From Chrysomallon squamiferum (lineage: Eukaryota; Animalia; Mollusca), in the NCBI GenBank assembly GCA_012295275.1, contig CM022671.1, positions 29,698,001 to 29,762,000 of the forward strand: a stretch of DNA of 64,000 bases, written 5' to 3'. Positions 14,878-29,451 of the stretch are shown here, in pieces; the first letter of the stretch is position 1, and each line of letters begins with the position of its first letter. The translations under genes were made by a program, and so were the position numbers. The notes under the pieces were generated by a model. That model saw only the letters and a list, made by a program, of their open reading frames with translations, did not search any database and was not told the origin of the DNA.

Positions 14878-16892
14878 AATAACTAATAATTCCTCTATCT
14901 TCACATTATCGATACATCTATCCATTAACTGATTTATATGCAAACAGGACTTGCTACATCCAGTAGGGCATGAAAACAGCATTGTTTTGGTCACAAGCCA
15001 CACAAAGACTTAACTATAAATTACAATAATGAACACAATGAGTCATGGTACTTGTAAAAACTAGTTATTTAACTCAGTGTGAAGCACACACATAACATGG
15101 TCGACACAGCTTTTGTCTGGATGAAAAACATGTCATCTTCAGATATATTTCTAATCTTCAAAAGCGAATTTTAATGTACACCAAGCTGTTACACATAAGA
15201 GCTGTAGAAAAACTCAATGTAAGTATTATGTACACAAGAATGGAAGCTTCAGTAATACATGTTTATATAACTGTAACTATATTCACAGGTGTAATGACTA
15301 TTGAACATTTGTCACTTGCACTCATGCACTGACACTTGTTTTTCTTTTTTAAATATTATATAAATGTAATTATATACAGTACTGTAATAACTGTTTAGTA
15401 TCTGTCACCTGTATTCATGAATCCGACATTTTTTTTTAAAACCTTTTAAATAGCCACTGTATGCTGTTGTTTATTTAAAATAACAAATGTTAAATTTCAT
15501 TCCAAATACAAAAATGAGTTCAATATAACAAATAAAAATAATAATAATATAAGTAAAAAAATTGGTCAAGTGAAAAAAAAAAAAGGAAAACAAAGTAATG
15601 AAATAAAATAAAATAAAATAAAATAAAATAAAATAAACACATTAAAATATTCATTAATTCAGTATATTCAGTTTGGATATACCTGTAACAAAATGAACAT
15701 TAAATGCAAGCAAAGGTTAATGAAAAAAAACACACCCCAAAACAGACTCATCACACTGAACAGGTCTTAAGCTGCATTCTGACCAGTTAAAGTTAATGAA
15801 CATTTTCACACTGAAATGATGATATATTTAAACGTGTTTTTAACAAAATACCAAATCAAAAATTATTTTATCACTCCACTATAGCTGGCTAAACCTCAAT
15901 ACTTGCCCATGTTATTTAAGACTTAGATCAAATAGGTTACAAATAAAGTAATAATAATAAAAAAAAAAAAAAAAAAAAGAAGATCGAAACATTTTCAACA
16001 ATATAATGATTACAAGTTACTTAGTTTAAAAAATAAAACAAACAAAAAAATTTAAAATAAATATCCACCAACTGATTTGTTATTGCTAAACATAAGACAG
16101 ACTGGTTACTTTTACAAGTAAGAGCCTACAAAACACAATAAATGTTATAAAATTTATCAAAATGCACATTTTAAATTTGATGTGACCAGACTGAAGAATT
16201 ATTAATCTATATATCTATATATAAACAGCTTTTATTTTTTCAAATATCACACGTCTACTTTTTAAAACAGATTTCTGTAGATGGATATATAAACTATTAT
16301 TTTAAAATAAAATAAAATAAACTTGAAAATATTTTTAAAATTCTAAATCTGGTTAAAATTAACAATATAATTTTAAGGTACTTTTTAAATTTCCAACACC
16401 TTTCAAACAAAAAGCTTTTGTCATTTTCTCTTATTCATGCCACAAGAAATTAATCAGTACACGAGTCTGTATTAAAGTAATAAAATTCTGACAGGTGAAA
16501 TGTTATCAAATTAGGGCAAGAAAAACGGCAACAGACTGCAATGATTTATTACATCAGATTAGCATAAGTATTAACAAGGAAAGGTAATAAAGAAACTAGT
16601 GACAGATTACTGTCGTAAGAAAATGAATGCAAGGATTTAATGCAAAATATTTATCATTCTTACAAATCAGTAAAGAATATATTTGTTGCTGGAGAATAAA
16701 CATAGCAAGACAGCGATAAATTGATTGTTAACAAGCAACCACAAAAAAATCAATACTTGAAACAAGCTACCCACCCACAATATGTTTTACATTCTTGTCC
16801 AGTTTTAAAAATATATATATAATCAAATCTATATTATAACTACAAATAGAAAAATAAAGATTGTTGAGGTATTTTTGGGGGTGTATGTTTAT

Positions 16893-16928
<36 letters not shown>

Positions 16929-17796
16929 AAAACAAATGTTCATATCAGCTTTATATAACAGATGAATAGCTGACTGATATGTAAATAATTAACATGGTCA
17001 AACATATTGTTTTGATTTGTAAAAACAAAAAAAAAAAAAAAAAAATTATTATGACATGTTTTTTTTTTTTCCTTAAGTAGGAAGATTAAGGATTAAATGA
17101 TACTGATTAATCTAGGTATCTGTAACCAGGTAAAAGTATTAAACTGGTTTGTAAAAAAGGAAATAAATATTGTCATTTCAGGGGTTATTTTTGTTGGGAG
17201 TTTAAATGCTAATAATTATTTTTATTTTTTAAATGGGCATAGACCTCAAATGACAAACTCAATAAGACTCAATCAATCAATGAATGAAGAAGTTAACATT
17301 TTTAATTAATAAAACTTGTCGATTTCTGAAACTTAAAGCATGGCAGACTCAGAGCCTAATTATACTGTTATTTGGAACATTGGAACATTTAAACATGATC
17401 AAGTTGACAAATGATTCATTTGTGTATATATCCATAATAATAATAAAAAAATTAGAATGTATTATGTAACATGGACTATAATAGAACCTGTTTCTCATAA
17501 TAAGTATATAACATTTCAGTTATTTTAAAAAATCAGTAAAATGTTTAACTATAGTTGAAGTAACTGACATCCAGCCATCATTCTGGATTGAAGAAAAGAT
17601 GCTACAAAACACTGACAATTGTGAGAACACTGCGACCAGTAAAGCAGTCACTTCATGAAGAGGGAAGTCAAATGTGCATAAGAATTTAAATCTCTAATTC
17701 TGTTTTAATAATTATCTTAAATTTCTTTGTAAAAAAATAAATAAAATAAAATAAAACTACTTACAAATCTTCTTTTTGTCTTTCTGACAGCAACAT
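6785..17796 (-). CDS. PAFAH1B1: Lissencephaly-1 homolog (LIS1; LisH, coiled coil and WD40 dynein regulator), 12 coding exons, about 408 aa
   Basis: Exons in transcript order: 17796-17765, 12300-12222, 11976-11902, 11389-11183, 10652-10556, 10302-10231, 9846-9744, 9505-9409, 8744-8613, 8043-7942, 7612-7456, 6858-6785. Translation: [19 protein letters not shown]...[15 protein letters not shown]...[19 protein letters not shown]...GHDHNVSSV...[11 protein letters not shown]...[13 protein letters not shown]. Introns are GT-AG and in phase, except for a 1-nt discrepancy at the 9409/8745 junction. Confidence 0.97.
13891..14192. repeat. Diverged tandem duplication of about 150 bp in a LIS1 intron
   Basis: CCCACAAGGAAACCATTCAATAAAAAA and GTGAAATAGAACCACTGATTAATC each occur twice, in the same order. 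Confidence 0.85.
14826..14872. repeat. (AC)n microsatellite
   Basis: Seen directly. Confidence 0.9.
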
Positions 17797-18590
17797 TTTT
17801 TAATCTTATGTAGCTGTTTGCTTGTATTTAGTAATTTTACTCTTATAGAATCCACTTGGTTGAGTCAGTGATTTAGGCAATTTATGCCTTAATTCATTCT
17901 TGAAACTACAACAAAAAGAAAATTAATAAAAGTACAACAGTTCAAAATACAATCTTTCAAATGTTCAGTCAACAAGCGATTTATCATTTGCCGAATATTA
18001 ATTATAGAACAATAGGGTATTTTATTTTATATAAGCTATAATCTATTGTATAAACATTCTTAATTTCATATAAATTATAATTATATAGAAAACACTTAAG
18101 TCTTAACCATATTTAAACAGCAAAATGAATGAATATTTTAACATTCTGCCCAAAGTTATATCATATTTGTGTAAACTGGACAGGGTATTTTACTGCATAA
18201 AGAATATAAATGAAAGATGACATAAGAAACAGTTCCATACTGCGACTGTCAGTTTTGAGTTTGAAACACCTGTCCAAACAGCTTCAAATATATTTTTAAA
18301 CACTGTCACATTTTATCAGCCAGAGAAACGTTCTATATCGATGAAATCTTGGGATGTTAAAGAAAATCAAGTATTTTGGTTTTATTACTGTTTCAGATCA
18401 ACAATATTTCAGCTTTGTTATGGTAGTGTCATTAATAATGATAATTTTTGCAGACTTCTTTTGCATGGCCGCCATGATTGGACACCAGTCGATGACTGGT
18501 AGACAGCAACTGTCAGTGAAAAATTCAAAATCAAATCAAACCGTATTTATAACATACTAAACATATTATAAGTAACCGTATCTTAATTAC

Positions 18591-18700
18591 CTTTATGTTT
18601 CTCTACCAAAAATGATTTGTCTTCTGAAAGATTAAAAGACGAAAAATCTGGCTAACCCAAATAACAATAATCCTCTTCCTTCTGTTCTGGCGATCGACGC
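18591..18700 (-). other. Probable non-coding first exon of LIS1
   Basis: Donor AAG|GTAATT at 18591/18590 next to a CpG-rich patch at about 18680-18780. The matching acceptor TTGTAG| puts the start of the ATG-containing exon at 17905. The 5' end is uncertain. Confidence 0.5.
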
Positions 18701-19960
18701 ACCCTTTTGCGCACACGGAAATGATGCCACATAAACCCTGGCGTAATTTCCTTCTCGTCATCGGGTCACTTATTTTTAGAAAAACCATCTCGATTAATTT
18801 TTTTTTACAAATAGAAATAAAACTTGTAAAAGTTTAGATATTTATTGCACAAAATAACATCATGATGATGATGATATGGCATTGTCTGATCAGGATAACA
18901 ATAATTATTATTTGTGAAAAACTGACGAATCACTATTGAACAGTTCTTTTTAATGTATTTCTTCTCCAGTGGAAATTACAGTCAACATAAAAAAAAAAAA
19001 AATTATTTTGAATTTCATTGTTTTTAATATATAATTTTACAGATCTGTAAGAAGGGGGAATTATGAAATATTCAGAAACGTAATTACAGATTTTGAGTTT
19101 TTGTATTAGTATTAATTTTTAAATAATGTATTTTAATTTGATTACCATCATTAATGTCAGTTTTGACATATTTGTTTCCAAAGTAAGAAAATATTTTTAA
19201 AAAATCAAGGTAAACAATAAACAAGTATTTATGCGCTTTCAGCATGTAACATATGCGAAGAAATAAGTAAAAATGTATCGTAAAATTTACTAAATGTATG
19301 ATGTTTTAAATTATTATTAAAACTGAGAAAGGAACTCTCTGACATAATATATTAAAGTCTAATGGCTACTTAAAAATAACAAAAATGTACGCATTAAATT
19401 ATACACAACGGTCTTTAATAAACCAGAAGGCGTTTACTAACTGAAATGAAACATATCTGAAATACTGGAAGCTTTTTCTTATTTTATTTGTGATTCTTAA
19501 AGGAGGAAAATAGACCTAACTGATTGGAATGGCAGCCTTCAGAAGCATCGTGTTTACATATAATATATAGTTACAATAATGAATTCTTTGCTTTCAGATA
19601 TTGCCAACTTATGTAAAATTAACGACTGAAAAGAAAATAATTATATCTTTAGAACTTTATCTATAAGTACGTATAAAAAGTAGTATTGAGATAGAAATTG
19701 AGTTTTCTTTCAGTTACACTATTCATTACCTTTTACCGCAACTAACCTTACTTCGATTTAAATCTTTAAAACGTAAATGATTGTATTGTTACACGTATAA
19801 AAACTATACATAAGTTCGGTCGTATTATATAAATAAAACTATAATAATAATAATAATAATAATGTTTAAATGAGAGAGAAAAAAATATAGATTTACGAGA
19901 GGATGGGGCTAGTCCATTTTTATCGATAATAAAATCCAGTGTTATTCTTGTAATTGCAGC
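18680..19960. promoter_or_regulatory. Divergent (bidirectional) promoter region between LIS1 and METTL16
   Basis: Head-to-head gene orientation. CpG-enriched patch at 18688-18775 in otherwise CpG-poor DNA. Confidence 0.5.
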
Positions 19961-19973
19961 AATAAAAGTCAAA

Positions 19974-22900
19974 ATGTCTTTGAACAAGTTTATGCATCCA
20001 AGAAACAAATACAGAAACCAAAAACCTAACTTTAAAGAGCTTGCATCAAAATATCCAGAGTTTGCACAGCACACCACGACAGACGAATCAGGAAAGGTAC
20101 ATCTTGACTTCAAGGATCCAAATGCACTTCGAGCCTTAACCAAAACTTTGTTAAAACATGATTTTCAACTTGAAGTGGACTTGCCATCTGATCGTCTGGT
20201 TCCAACTATACCACTTCGTCTTAATTACATTCACTGGATTGAAGACATTCTTGGCAGTAAGGAAGCAAATGTCAAAGGGATTGATATTGGTAAGAGTTAA
20301 ACTTAAAGTGAATCATTGCTGGTGTGTCGATGCCATAACAATTTGACAAGGATTTTCAGTTCATTAAAAAAAAATATTCTGAAAAAAAACTCCAACAAAA
20401 AAACAAACATTGTCAGACTTCATACATCCTCTTGAGTTTCTTGTTTTACAGTTGTAATTTATGATTAGCAAAGATTGCCATTAATAATTCAATAATTATT
20501 TGGAAGTAAAACCTCTAAAAATACTCTTTAAATTTTGTTTAAAAGTATTTTCTATTTTTAATGTGAAAATTGCAGTTACTATATTAAACAGTAAATGATT
20601 TAAAAATTATTTGCATAGTGAATGCATAAAATTTCACTGCCAATACCAAAATGTCCCAAATGTAAAACAAACTGAAATTTAAAGTTCATAATATATATTT
20701 ATTATGTAGTTAAAAACAACTTTATAAAAATGTATTAATAATTATTAATAAATACATTTTAAAATATTAGAGTGTAATAGATTTTAGAGCTATTGTAATA
20801 TAGATACAGTATTAATTAACTAATTATTATTGTTTATTTGTTCTTTTTTATTTATTATATAAATGCTTGTGTAAAATATTTGATAGATAATATTTTCTCT
20901 CACTAGGAACGGGATCTTCGTGTGTATATCCCCTTCTTGGCTGTCGACTCAGTAAGTGGTCATTCCTGGCTACAGAAATAGATGCACAGAATGCTCATTT
21001 TGCAGCCAAAAATGTGGAAAAGAATAAAATGGAAGACATGATCAAAGGTTTGTTACTCTGATATCTGGAACTGTATTATTTGTTTAATTTAAAAATACAT
21101 ATATATATTAAATAGTTTCACTTATTCATTTTAATTAACTAGAAACCTTTTTGAAAATACAGTGATGCATACATGTCAATAAATGTATTCATCAAATCTT
21201 TTTGTATATTTTTTAATGTTTGGTTGTAGTGAAAAAAGTTTCAAAAGGAGACATCCTACTGGCTGCTGTGAAGGATCTTGACGAGTCCTATGACTTCTGT
21301 ATGTGCAATCCTCCTTTTTTTGCCGATCACCTCGAGGCTCAGGCAGTTACGACGTCACGCAGCATAGACAGAGCTGACCCGTTTTCTGTGAGCACTGCCA
21401 GTCCCGAGGAGAGTATTTCTGTTGGAGGAGAGACAAACTTCATCTCGCAGATGATAGATGAATCAGTAATGCTGAAAGAGAGGATAAAGTTAGTGTAATT
21501 CTTACCTGAGTTGAGTGTACTGTAATTTGTTGGTAATGATAATTAAAATGTGTAAATACAATAAGTTTTAAGTCATTGTTTTTGTAATATGACAGACATT
21601 TCAACTGCCTGTTTTTATCTCTCTGTCTGTCTGACTGTTGTATGAAGCTGGTGTTGTCTCCCTTACCACACATGCCAATAATATTGTGGGTTTTTTAAGT
21701 TTTCTTATCAAATACATATATGTTTGTTTTGTTAACTGAAACAATAAGCTGCACTATTTCAGGATATTTACAAGTATGGTTGGAAAGAAATCAAGTTTAC
21801 CACAGCTGAAAGAAAAACTTCGATTAACACAGGTACCAATAATATTTTCGAAATATTTTTAATAATAATTAGTACTGGAACATCTGAAATAAAACATTTT
21901 TAGATAGATAATAAAATCTTTGAAGAAATTAATGTTAATTAATTCCATACATTAACAACTATAATACTTTTGTATAATTATTAATATGTAATAATTTCAC
22001 CTGTAGGTCTGTATTCAAAATTCAATATTTCCATTCCTTTGAATCCAAAGTGAAGAACCTTAAACAGATACAGTTTTTCTATAGTAACAGTAATGCATTT
22101 TTTTATAATTTTTCAGGGAGCCAGTTTTGCTACTACTGAATTTTGTCAGGGCAAAACAATGAGATGGGGAATTGCTTGGACATATGACAATTCTGTTACA
22201 TTTCCAGTAAGAGGCAGAGATAATGAAATAATTTTTATATTAAACTGTCTGTGATGTACTAGATTATAATATATTTATTTTTATGTGATGAAAAAAAAAA
22301 AAAATTATTCAAAATGTATAAAATTAATGGAAAAGGGTTCGCTAAGTAAAAAAAACTATTACAAAACATTCATTTCATATGAGTTTTTAAAATGTTTATA
22401 TTATATTCCAGTTCATAACTAATTCCTGTTTTAAAATAATGATGTTTGTGTCAGAAATTTGATTTGGATATAATGAAAAATTGATTTAATTAGACAGATT
22501 TGGTAACCCCTAAATATTCACTAAATATTCATTTATTAAATACATGATTAATCTTCATTAATACACATTCAGTGAAAGATTAACCATTACTGTTCGTGTA
22601 GTTTCTGGGAATTTATGAATGAATTACATTGGCTGTTCTGAAGTTAAGCCAGAAGAAACTTATTTTTATTTATTGTTCCTCACAGTTAAACTAACTTGGT
22701 AACTGAGTGTAACAAAACAAATTCTGTCAAATATAGATCTCTGTATTTAAGACTACAATTTTGTAGAAATCACTTTTCCACGCGACAAGGAAAGAAAAAC
22801 CTCCACTGCAGTACGTGATTCCCCTTGGAGCAGGTTGTTGTCTTTATGAAACAGCCGACCTCACTCAGTACATCAGAAATTTACTCACAGAACTCCAGGT

Positions 22901-24316
22901 AAGTCGTTTTAGGTAAATATAATCATTATTGTTCTCAGTTCATTAAGCACACAATCTGGCTGCAGCATGTTGTGACAGGAAGACAAGTTAACTGTTTGTT
23001 AACATAATTCAGTGAATGGCTGTCTAATTGTAAAATTAGATTTTAATTAGATTTGAATATTAGAAACTATAAAAAAACAAAACAAAACCAAAAAAAAACC
23101 CCCATACTTTTTTTTCTAATTAAATATATTTATGAAAGAAAATTGTTTGGTAAAAATAATTTAATTTTTTGGAATTAGAAAAATATTTAATGGAAATCTT
23201 TTTATTTTATTTTTTTCCTTAGCATAATTGTGTGACATTTATTTTTTAATATTTTTTTAAAAGATTAAATACAAAGAAGGAAAAGGAGATGCTCTGTGCT
23301 CATCCTGGTTTATAATTGCAAAAGACAAATCTTGGTTAAATCAGAGACGAAAAAGAAGACAGTTGCTAAGGGAAACTGACAAACAGAGAAACACGGACCT
23401 TTCAAAAAACACCTTGGATTCTAAAACAGTACAAGATGATTATAAAACAGTACAAGATGATTCTAAAACAGTACAAGATGATTCTAAAACAAACTTAAAC
23501 AATAATAATAATAATAACATCAAGGAAGAAGAATGTGACAAAAACACAGATGAAAAAGTGACAGGAAAAAGAAAACTTGATTCTGTTGAGACTAATTACC
23601 AAGCCAAGAGAATGCATTTAAATACTGATAATGCTGAACTGAACACTGATAAACTGGAATGTAATAAAAATGAACAATCTAGCACTGCACAGATCACATA
23701 TACTGCCGATAGTCAGGTTGTAAAATCAGCATCAGATATTGTCATGATTACAGCAAAACACAAACTTGAATCGTCTGAAGATACAGAAAATCAGACAAAA
23801 AAGTTAAGATTAGATAATGATGACCCAAAAAATAAGAACAATGAAGAACAAAATGTTTATTCAACCAAAGCTCAAAAATTGCCAGCTACACTGAATGATA
23901 CCAATATTTCAAGCAGACTAGATAATCATGGTAAGCAGGCAGATTCAAGTGCTAGCCAAACAGAATGTAAGACTGGTTTTGAAACCAAAGCTATGGAACT
24001 GGCATTTACATCAGACAATATCAGGATCTCAGATAGTCTCAAAGTAGATAACCATGGCAACCAGACAGATTTAAATGCCAACAGTTCTGGTAAAAAGCCT
24101 GTTACTGATATTGTTGGAAAGTGTGTGCCAGCGTCAAGTAAAACAAAAGTGCTGCCAAAAGTAGAAGAAAGAGAAGACTGTGTTTTGAAATGTTACATAA
24201 ATCTGAAAAAGGTAGACAAAGATTTTGTTCTGGAACTGGTTTGGGTTGACGGTGAAAGCAGAGAAGTGATGTTTCAGTTGATGCAATATTTCAAAAACAA
24301 ACTAAAGGCCCCATGA
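19974..24316 (+). CDS. METTL16: RNA N6-adenosine methyltransferase METTL16 (U6 snRNA m6A writer), 7 coding exons, about 686 aa
   Basis: Exons: 19974-20289, 20907-21047, 21230-21488, 21763-21832, 22117-22206, 22767-22898, 23264-24316; all GT-AG and in phase. Motifs: MSLNKFMHPRNKY, RLVPTIPLRLNYIHW, SAM-binding DIGTGSSCVYPLLG, catalytic CMCNPPFF, EFCQGKTMRWGIAW, Arg-rich QRRKRRQ and a C-terminal VCR2/KA1 segment. Confidence 0.96.
23417..23491 (+). repeat. Coding 21-bp tandem repeat (DSKTVQD x3.5) in the METTL16 linker
   Basis: GATT(C/A)TAAAACAGTACAAGAT x3 plus GATTCTAAAACA, seen directly. Confidence 0.9.
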
Positions 24317-27300
24317 AAGAAAATTTTTGACCAAAATATGTTTTGTATATTATCATAAAATATTGCTTAGAATTGAAATACCAGGCATATTAAATCAAAA
24401 TTCAGAGCTGAAAATGTCACTTATTTTTCTTTTCTTTCTGGTTGTTTCTTATTAAATTAAAGGTGATAATTTTGTACTCCATACATACATATATACATAT
24501 ATACTACAACAAAAATTTAAATTCCATATTGTTACTAGTTGTTTTTGTTATTTGTTCCAACTTAATTAATAAATCTCCACAATAGTTTTGAACTGTGTGT
24601 TTTGACTCGTGTTTCAAAATTCCATTAACTTTCTTTATTACTAATATATGATGTTGTAATTTATCCGAGTACAGCTGAACAGGGTTTTAAACCAGTTATA
24701 TTAATATAAAAAAATATATGTCCAACATGTCTATAAAAATTCCATACAGAAATAGCATTTTGCTATCAGTTGTTGCATAACAGATCTTACAAGTGAATAT
24801 TTGGTTAATGACAACACTATAAATTTCTTTATTCCTCTTCAAAACTTGATGTTAAATGAAATTAACTCCTTTATTTCAAAATTATTTGCATCACATGTAG
24901 ATTTATACAAACACATACTCACTTTCACACATGCATATGAACACACATATATAAATATTCAAATTTTCAACATGATCAAAGACAACACCAGGCCAATTTT
25001 GTTAATATTTTTTTTATTGCTTTTCACTCTTGATTATAAATTCATATGTCACTCTGGATTGTAAACCTACACATACACATACAAGCACTCCACACTAATA
25101 AACTAGGCAACCAAACAAAAAACAAAACAACCACCTACACTTAGTTGATGCACAAATAGCAATGAAATGTTCTAAATAGTTACACTTAATGAACACAGTG
25201 ACAGAAGGAATCCATAGTTTCATCATTTCAACAGCTGTTCCAACATAGTGAGATTGGGTATTTAAAAAAAAAATTTGTGCCTATTACTGAAACAATTGTC
25301 CAAATACTTGATGAAAAATTAAAAAAATAATAAACAGCAAAGTGGAAAAAAAAATTGAATTTGTTAAAAAGTTTGCTAAATACAAATGTTACCTGCATTT
25401 ATATTAAACTTGTTTAGTTTCTTGTGATTCATGACATAGTAAATTAAAGAGCCAATTGATTTCATAAGTTATTTTGGTTCTAGTATGAATGTGCGCTTTG
25501 AAACAGGCACAAGATATTCCTGCAGAAATATATATATATATATAAATATAATATGTGTATGTATGTGTATGTATATAAAAAAATGTGACTGGGAACAGCA
25601 AATTTCATTTATGTACATATAAAATAAAGTGTATCAGACCTCTTAAACAAAATGCATGAAGCTGGTAGCCCAATTCATGCTTTGTTTTATTAAATATCAG
25701 CTCTGTAAAATGGCTACCCTTGATACTGAATCAATGTACAGGTAGGTGACACATGAATCATTCTCCTTTATTACTGAACACAGCAAATAAAAATTCTAGT
25801 AATAACATAGTAAAAAAAAAACAATAAGAAAAACAAATGTACAACAAATTGAAAAAACATGAGCACACGCAAACTGGTTAATAGAAAGTGTTAACAAATC
25901 TAACAAATAAATCTATTCAGGAAAGTTGTAACAAAACAGAAGTCAAATCAAGATTGATTTCAATAAGAGTTGATTACAAGATGTAATTTAAGCATTAATG
26001 TAAGAATATTTTAAAATAATTACTTAAGATAATTAAATTGTGAAAAAAAAAAAAAAAAAAAAATATAGCTATGTCACTTTCTTTCAATGTTTTTAAGTTA
26101 AAACTGAAGAGTGCCCTAAAAACAGCTATCTTGAAAAACAAGCATGTCTGTCTGTGCATAATAGGTCTATTCTTCGATATTAATCTTTTAAAAAAATAAG
26201 TGATAAAAAATAAATTTCAACAAAAAACCCTAACAAAGCACTTGGAGATGTAACAAAAAGAAGAAAAAAAAAGCTTGATTTGGTTAGGAATATATTGAAA
26301 TGATTTTGTTTTTAATATAATTTTAACTTTGAGAATACCAATATTCAACTGCTCAAGGAAAGTAACAGCTTGTTAATAATGGTTTTAACCCTCCACGCAA
26401 TTAAATGCATTTTCATAAAGCAACTTAATTTTGTCAGTGTGATTCTGAACAGATCCCAAACAATTTTTCCTTTTCAGGAAAGTGTTACTATCTAAAATTA
26501 TTTTTAAAGAGCCAACCAAACTATAGCTAATCCCACAAAATGATGTTTTCCCTTCCAACATCCAATACTGATGTAAACTTTTCTCTCATTTCTTTCACTG
26601 TAACAAACAAAGCAATTTATTTATTTATTTATTTATTTAAAATTACTGTTGAACAAAGACTTTTCACCTTTGGACAATATAAAATACAATTCACTCTGAT
26701 GAAGTATGGCATATTTAAAATACTGAAGTTTTATATTTATATCAGAACAAAAAATAATAATAATAATCAAACCATATTGGTAAGATTTGATAATATAACA
26801 ACAAGTTAAGTATATTATATTCCCATAGTTACTTTATTCCATTTAAAAGAAAAAGAGAATATTCTGAAACTCTAAAAATTAATTTGAATGTGAAAATAAT
26901 TTCACTTTTCTTTAGATGAAATGCCATTTCATAAAATGTAAATATACTTTGCAACAATTAAAGATATTAAACAGTGTGTAAACAAGAAAATACAAACTGA
27001 AGAAAGTGCAATATTACAAATTTAAAAAAAAAAAAAAAAAAAAATGTTACTAGTGCTCATATTAAATTAGATTTCTACAAATATGTTTTGTACAACAACT
27101 GTATAAAATATTATCTCTTATGATTGATTATATTTTTGGTAAATATTCTTCAACTTCCTTTACATACATAGAAAGATCATATTACTTGCATTACTTAATT
27201 TTCAGTAGGTCTTCACAAATACTAGATATGGCCAAGTCTGTGTAAGGATTATGTACAAAAAAAAAAAAAAAAAAAAAGAGGAATATTCAGGTATTTCTTA

Positions 27301-29451
27301 AATCATGGAATGTATACTACACAAGGATCTACGTAAATTATCCTGTTGGTTACACTATAATCTGTGAACATAATGGTGAAGATAATGCAAATAATTTTAA
27401 GTAGACAAAAAAAAAAAAAAAAAAAAAAAAAAATAATAATAATAATAATTTCAATACAAAATATAAATGATTGATGAGATTATTAACATGATGATGAAAT
27501 TTTTTTTTAAATTTAGAAGGTATCAAAGAGATGTTTTTAAATTTTAGTAGATTTTACCTTTCTGAATAAAATCCCATGAATCTTGTAACAGTATAGTAAC
27601 AGTACATCATTTTAAACAAAAAACAAAACTGGTTAAAAAGTTATTCATTAAATTGTTTAAAAAATATATATATATTAATTACATAGGACCCTGAAATAGT
27701 TCAGAATTATTATTTTTTTTTCTTAAAAGTAATTATTAAGAGCAAAAATTTGTTATTAACTGCCTGCAGTTTTAGTAGAGCTATAACATTTTGTAAGAAA
27801 TATTCACTTACAATGTAAAATTTTAAATATTAAGAAACTATTTCAATATGGCTGTAAATTTTTAACAAATATATATAACATTTTTTGAAATGTTTAAATT
27901 TTCTTTAAAATATTTAAATAAATATTTAGTCATAATATTAAGTCTTTTAAGAAGTGTCACTTAGTATTGTGAATATTTAGTAAATATTAACAACCTGAGA
28001 AAAACTAAAGTATTTATAGTAAAATAAACTTTTTAACAAAGATTAACCATTTTTTCTTTTTATGATCTGTTTTTATTAGCATTAAAACTGATCCATTATT
28101 AAATTATCTGAAAATTAATATAAACTAACATGATGATATGAGACAACCAATAAAAAATTAAAAATTTTATATTTGAAAAATTAATCCAATAACATGCAGG
28201 TGAATTTCATATTTTAGGTTATACAATAAAAAAAAAATCCACAAAAAACAAAAACAAAATTATATGAAAAATATATAATTGTACACATTCATACATATCA
28301 ACTATTCCCTTCTATCTATATCACAGATGTAATTCACCTAAATACTTTTTAAACTTTCACAAAGTTTATTATTAAAAATATCCTGAACCTCCTACAAGAA
28401 TTTTTTTTTCACTCAAAAACTAATCTATCTGGTTTTAACATGGTTGGTGACAGAGAATTTCATACACTTTATTATTATTTTTTTAAAATATTTTATATAT
28501 GATGTCTTCATCCTATGATTTTCTGGTTATGTTGACCATATGAGGATCTTGTTTATGTTAGTAAGTAAAACCTCATCCAAGGTTTATCATCATCATCATT
28601 ATTATGCCACTAATGGACCATCTCCCAAATGTTAGTGAAAACATAATAAATTAACAAAAACAATTTCTTTTTATAAGTAAAACTCTCAGAGCTTCACAAG
28701 TCTGATATATCAAAAAAAAAAAAAAAAAAAAAAATAATCACCAGTTCATATTTATGCATTTTCAATTTCAATTTATGCTATAAATTTTGAGAAATGTAAC
28801 ATTCTCTTTACTCTCCAGGTAAAGATAAAAAACGTTTTTATTTATTTATTTTTTTATTTTTTAAAATGACAAAAAATTATAATTAATTATTCAGTCCTTT
28901 TGTATATATTTTTTAAATGCCTGGTCCTTCAATGAAAACAAGGTTTCAGGACAATTCTTGGAAACAAGATCAGAGTAGCAAAATGAAATTAAAAGCAATT
29001 TATAGAAGCTTTTAACAAGTTGAATGAAGAGGTACTATCAATACCTTTACAGAAACAAAGCATCACAGTGGAGTCATATATCAATACTAGCATATCTCAG
29101 TATATCTAGTAAGAAAAATCTTGTGTTTCTCAGATATCCAGTAAAAATATCATTAATCTTGTCTTAAACCAGACTAGGGCTCTTGTATTTATAATACCAA
29201 CAAGATTTCAGAATATCTGTCTAAGTGGAGCAGAAAACATGGTAACCAGTAATTGTTATTTAAAAAAAAACACAAAACAAAACAAAACAAAACAACTAAT
29301 GTAATTTTCAGGTAAACAATGCTCGTAAACAGTCTACTTTCATTAGGACACCTGTAGGGATACCCGGAGCACCTCTTCATTTCAAAGACATTAATGATTG
29401 ATCTATGATACAATGTTATTTATTACAAAGTACTTAAATAAATGCCAAACA

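Noticed and set aside
19960-24800. METTL16 autoregulatory UACAGARAA hairpins or UACAG-type 3' splice sites
   Set aside because: I found no exact sense-strand motif in METTL16. The near matches (TACAGAAAT; CLUH acceptors UACAG|AGUA and UACAG|ACAC) miss the consensus, and TACAGAGAA near 33855 is antisense within an intron.
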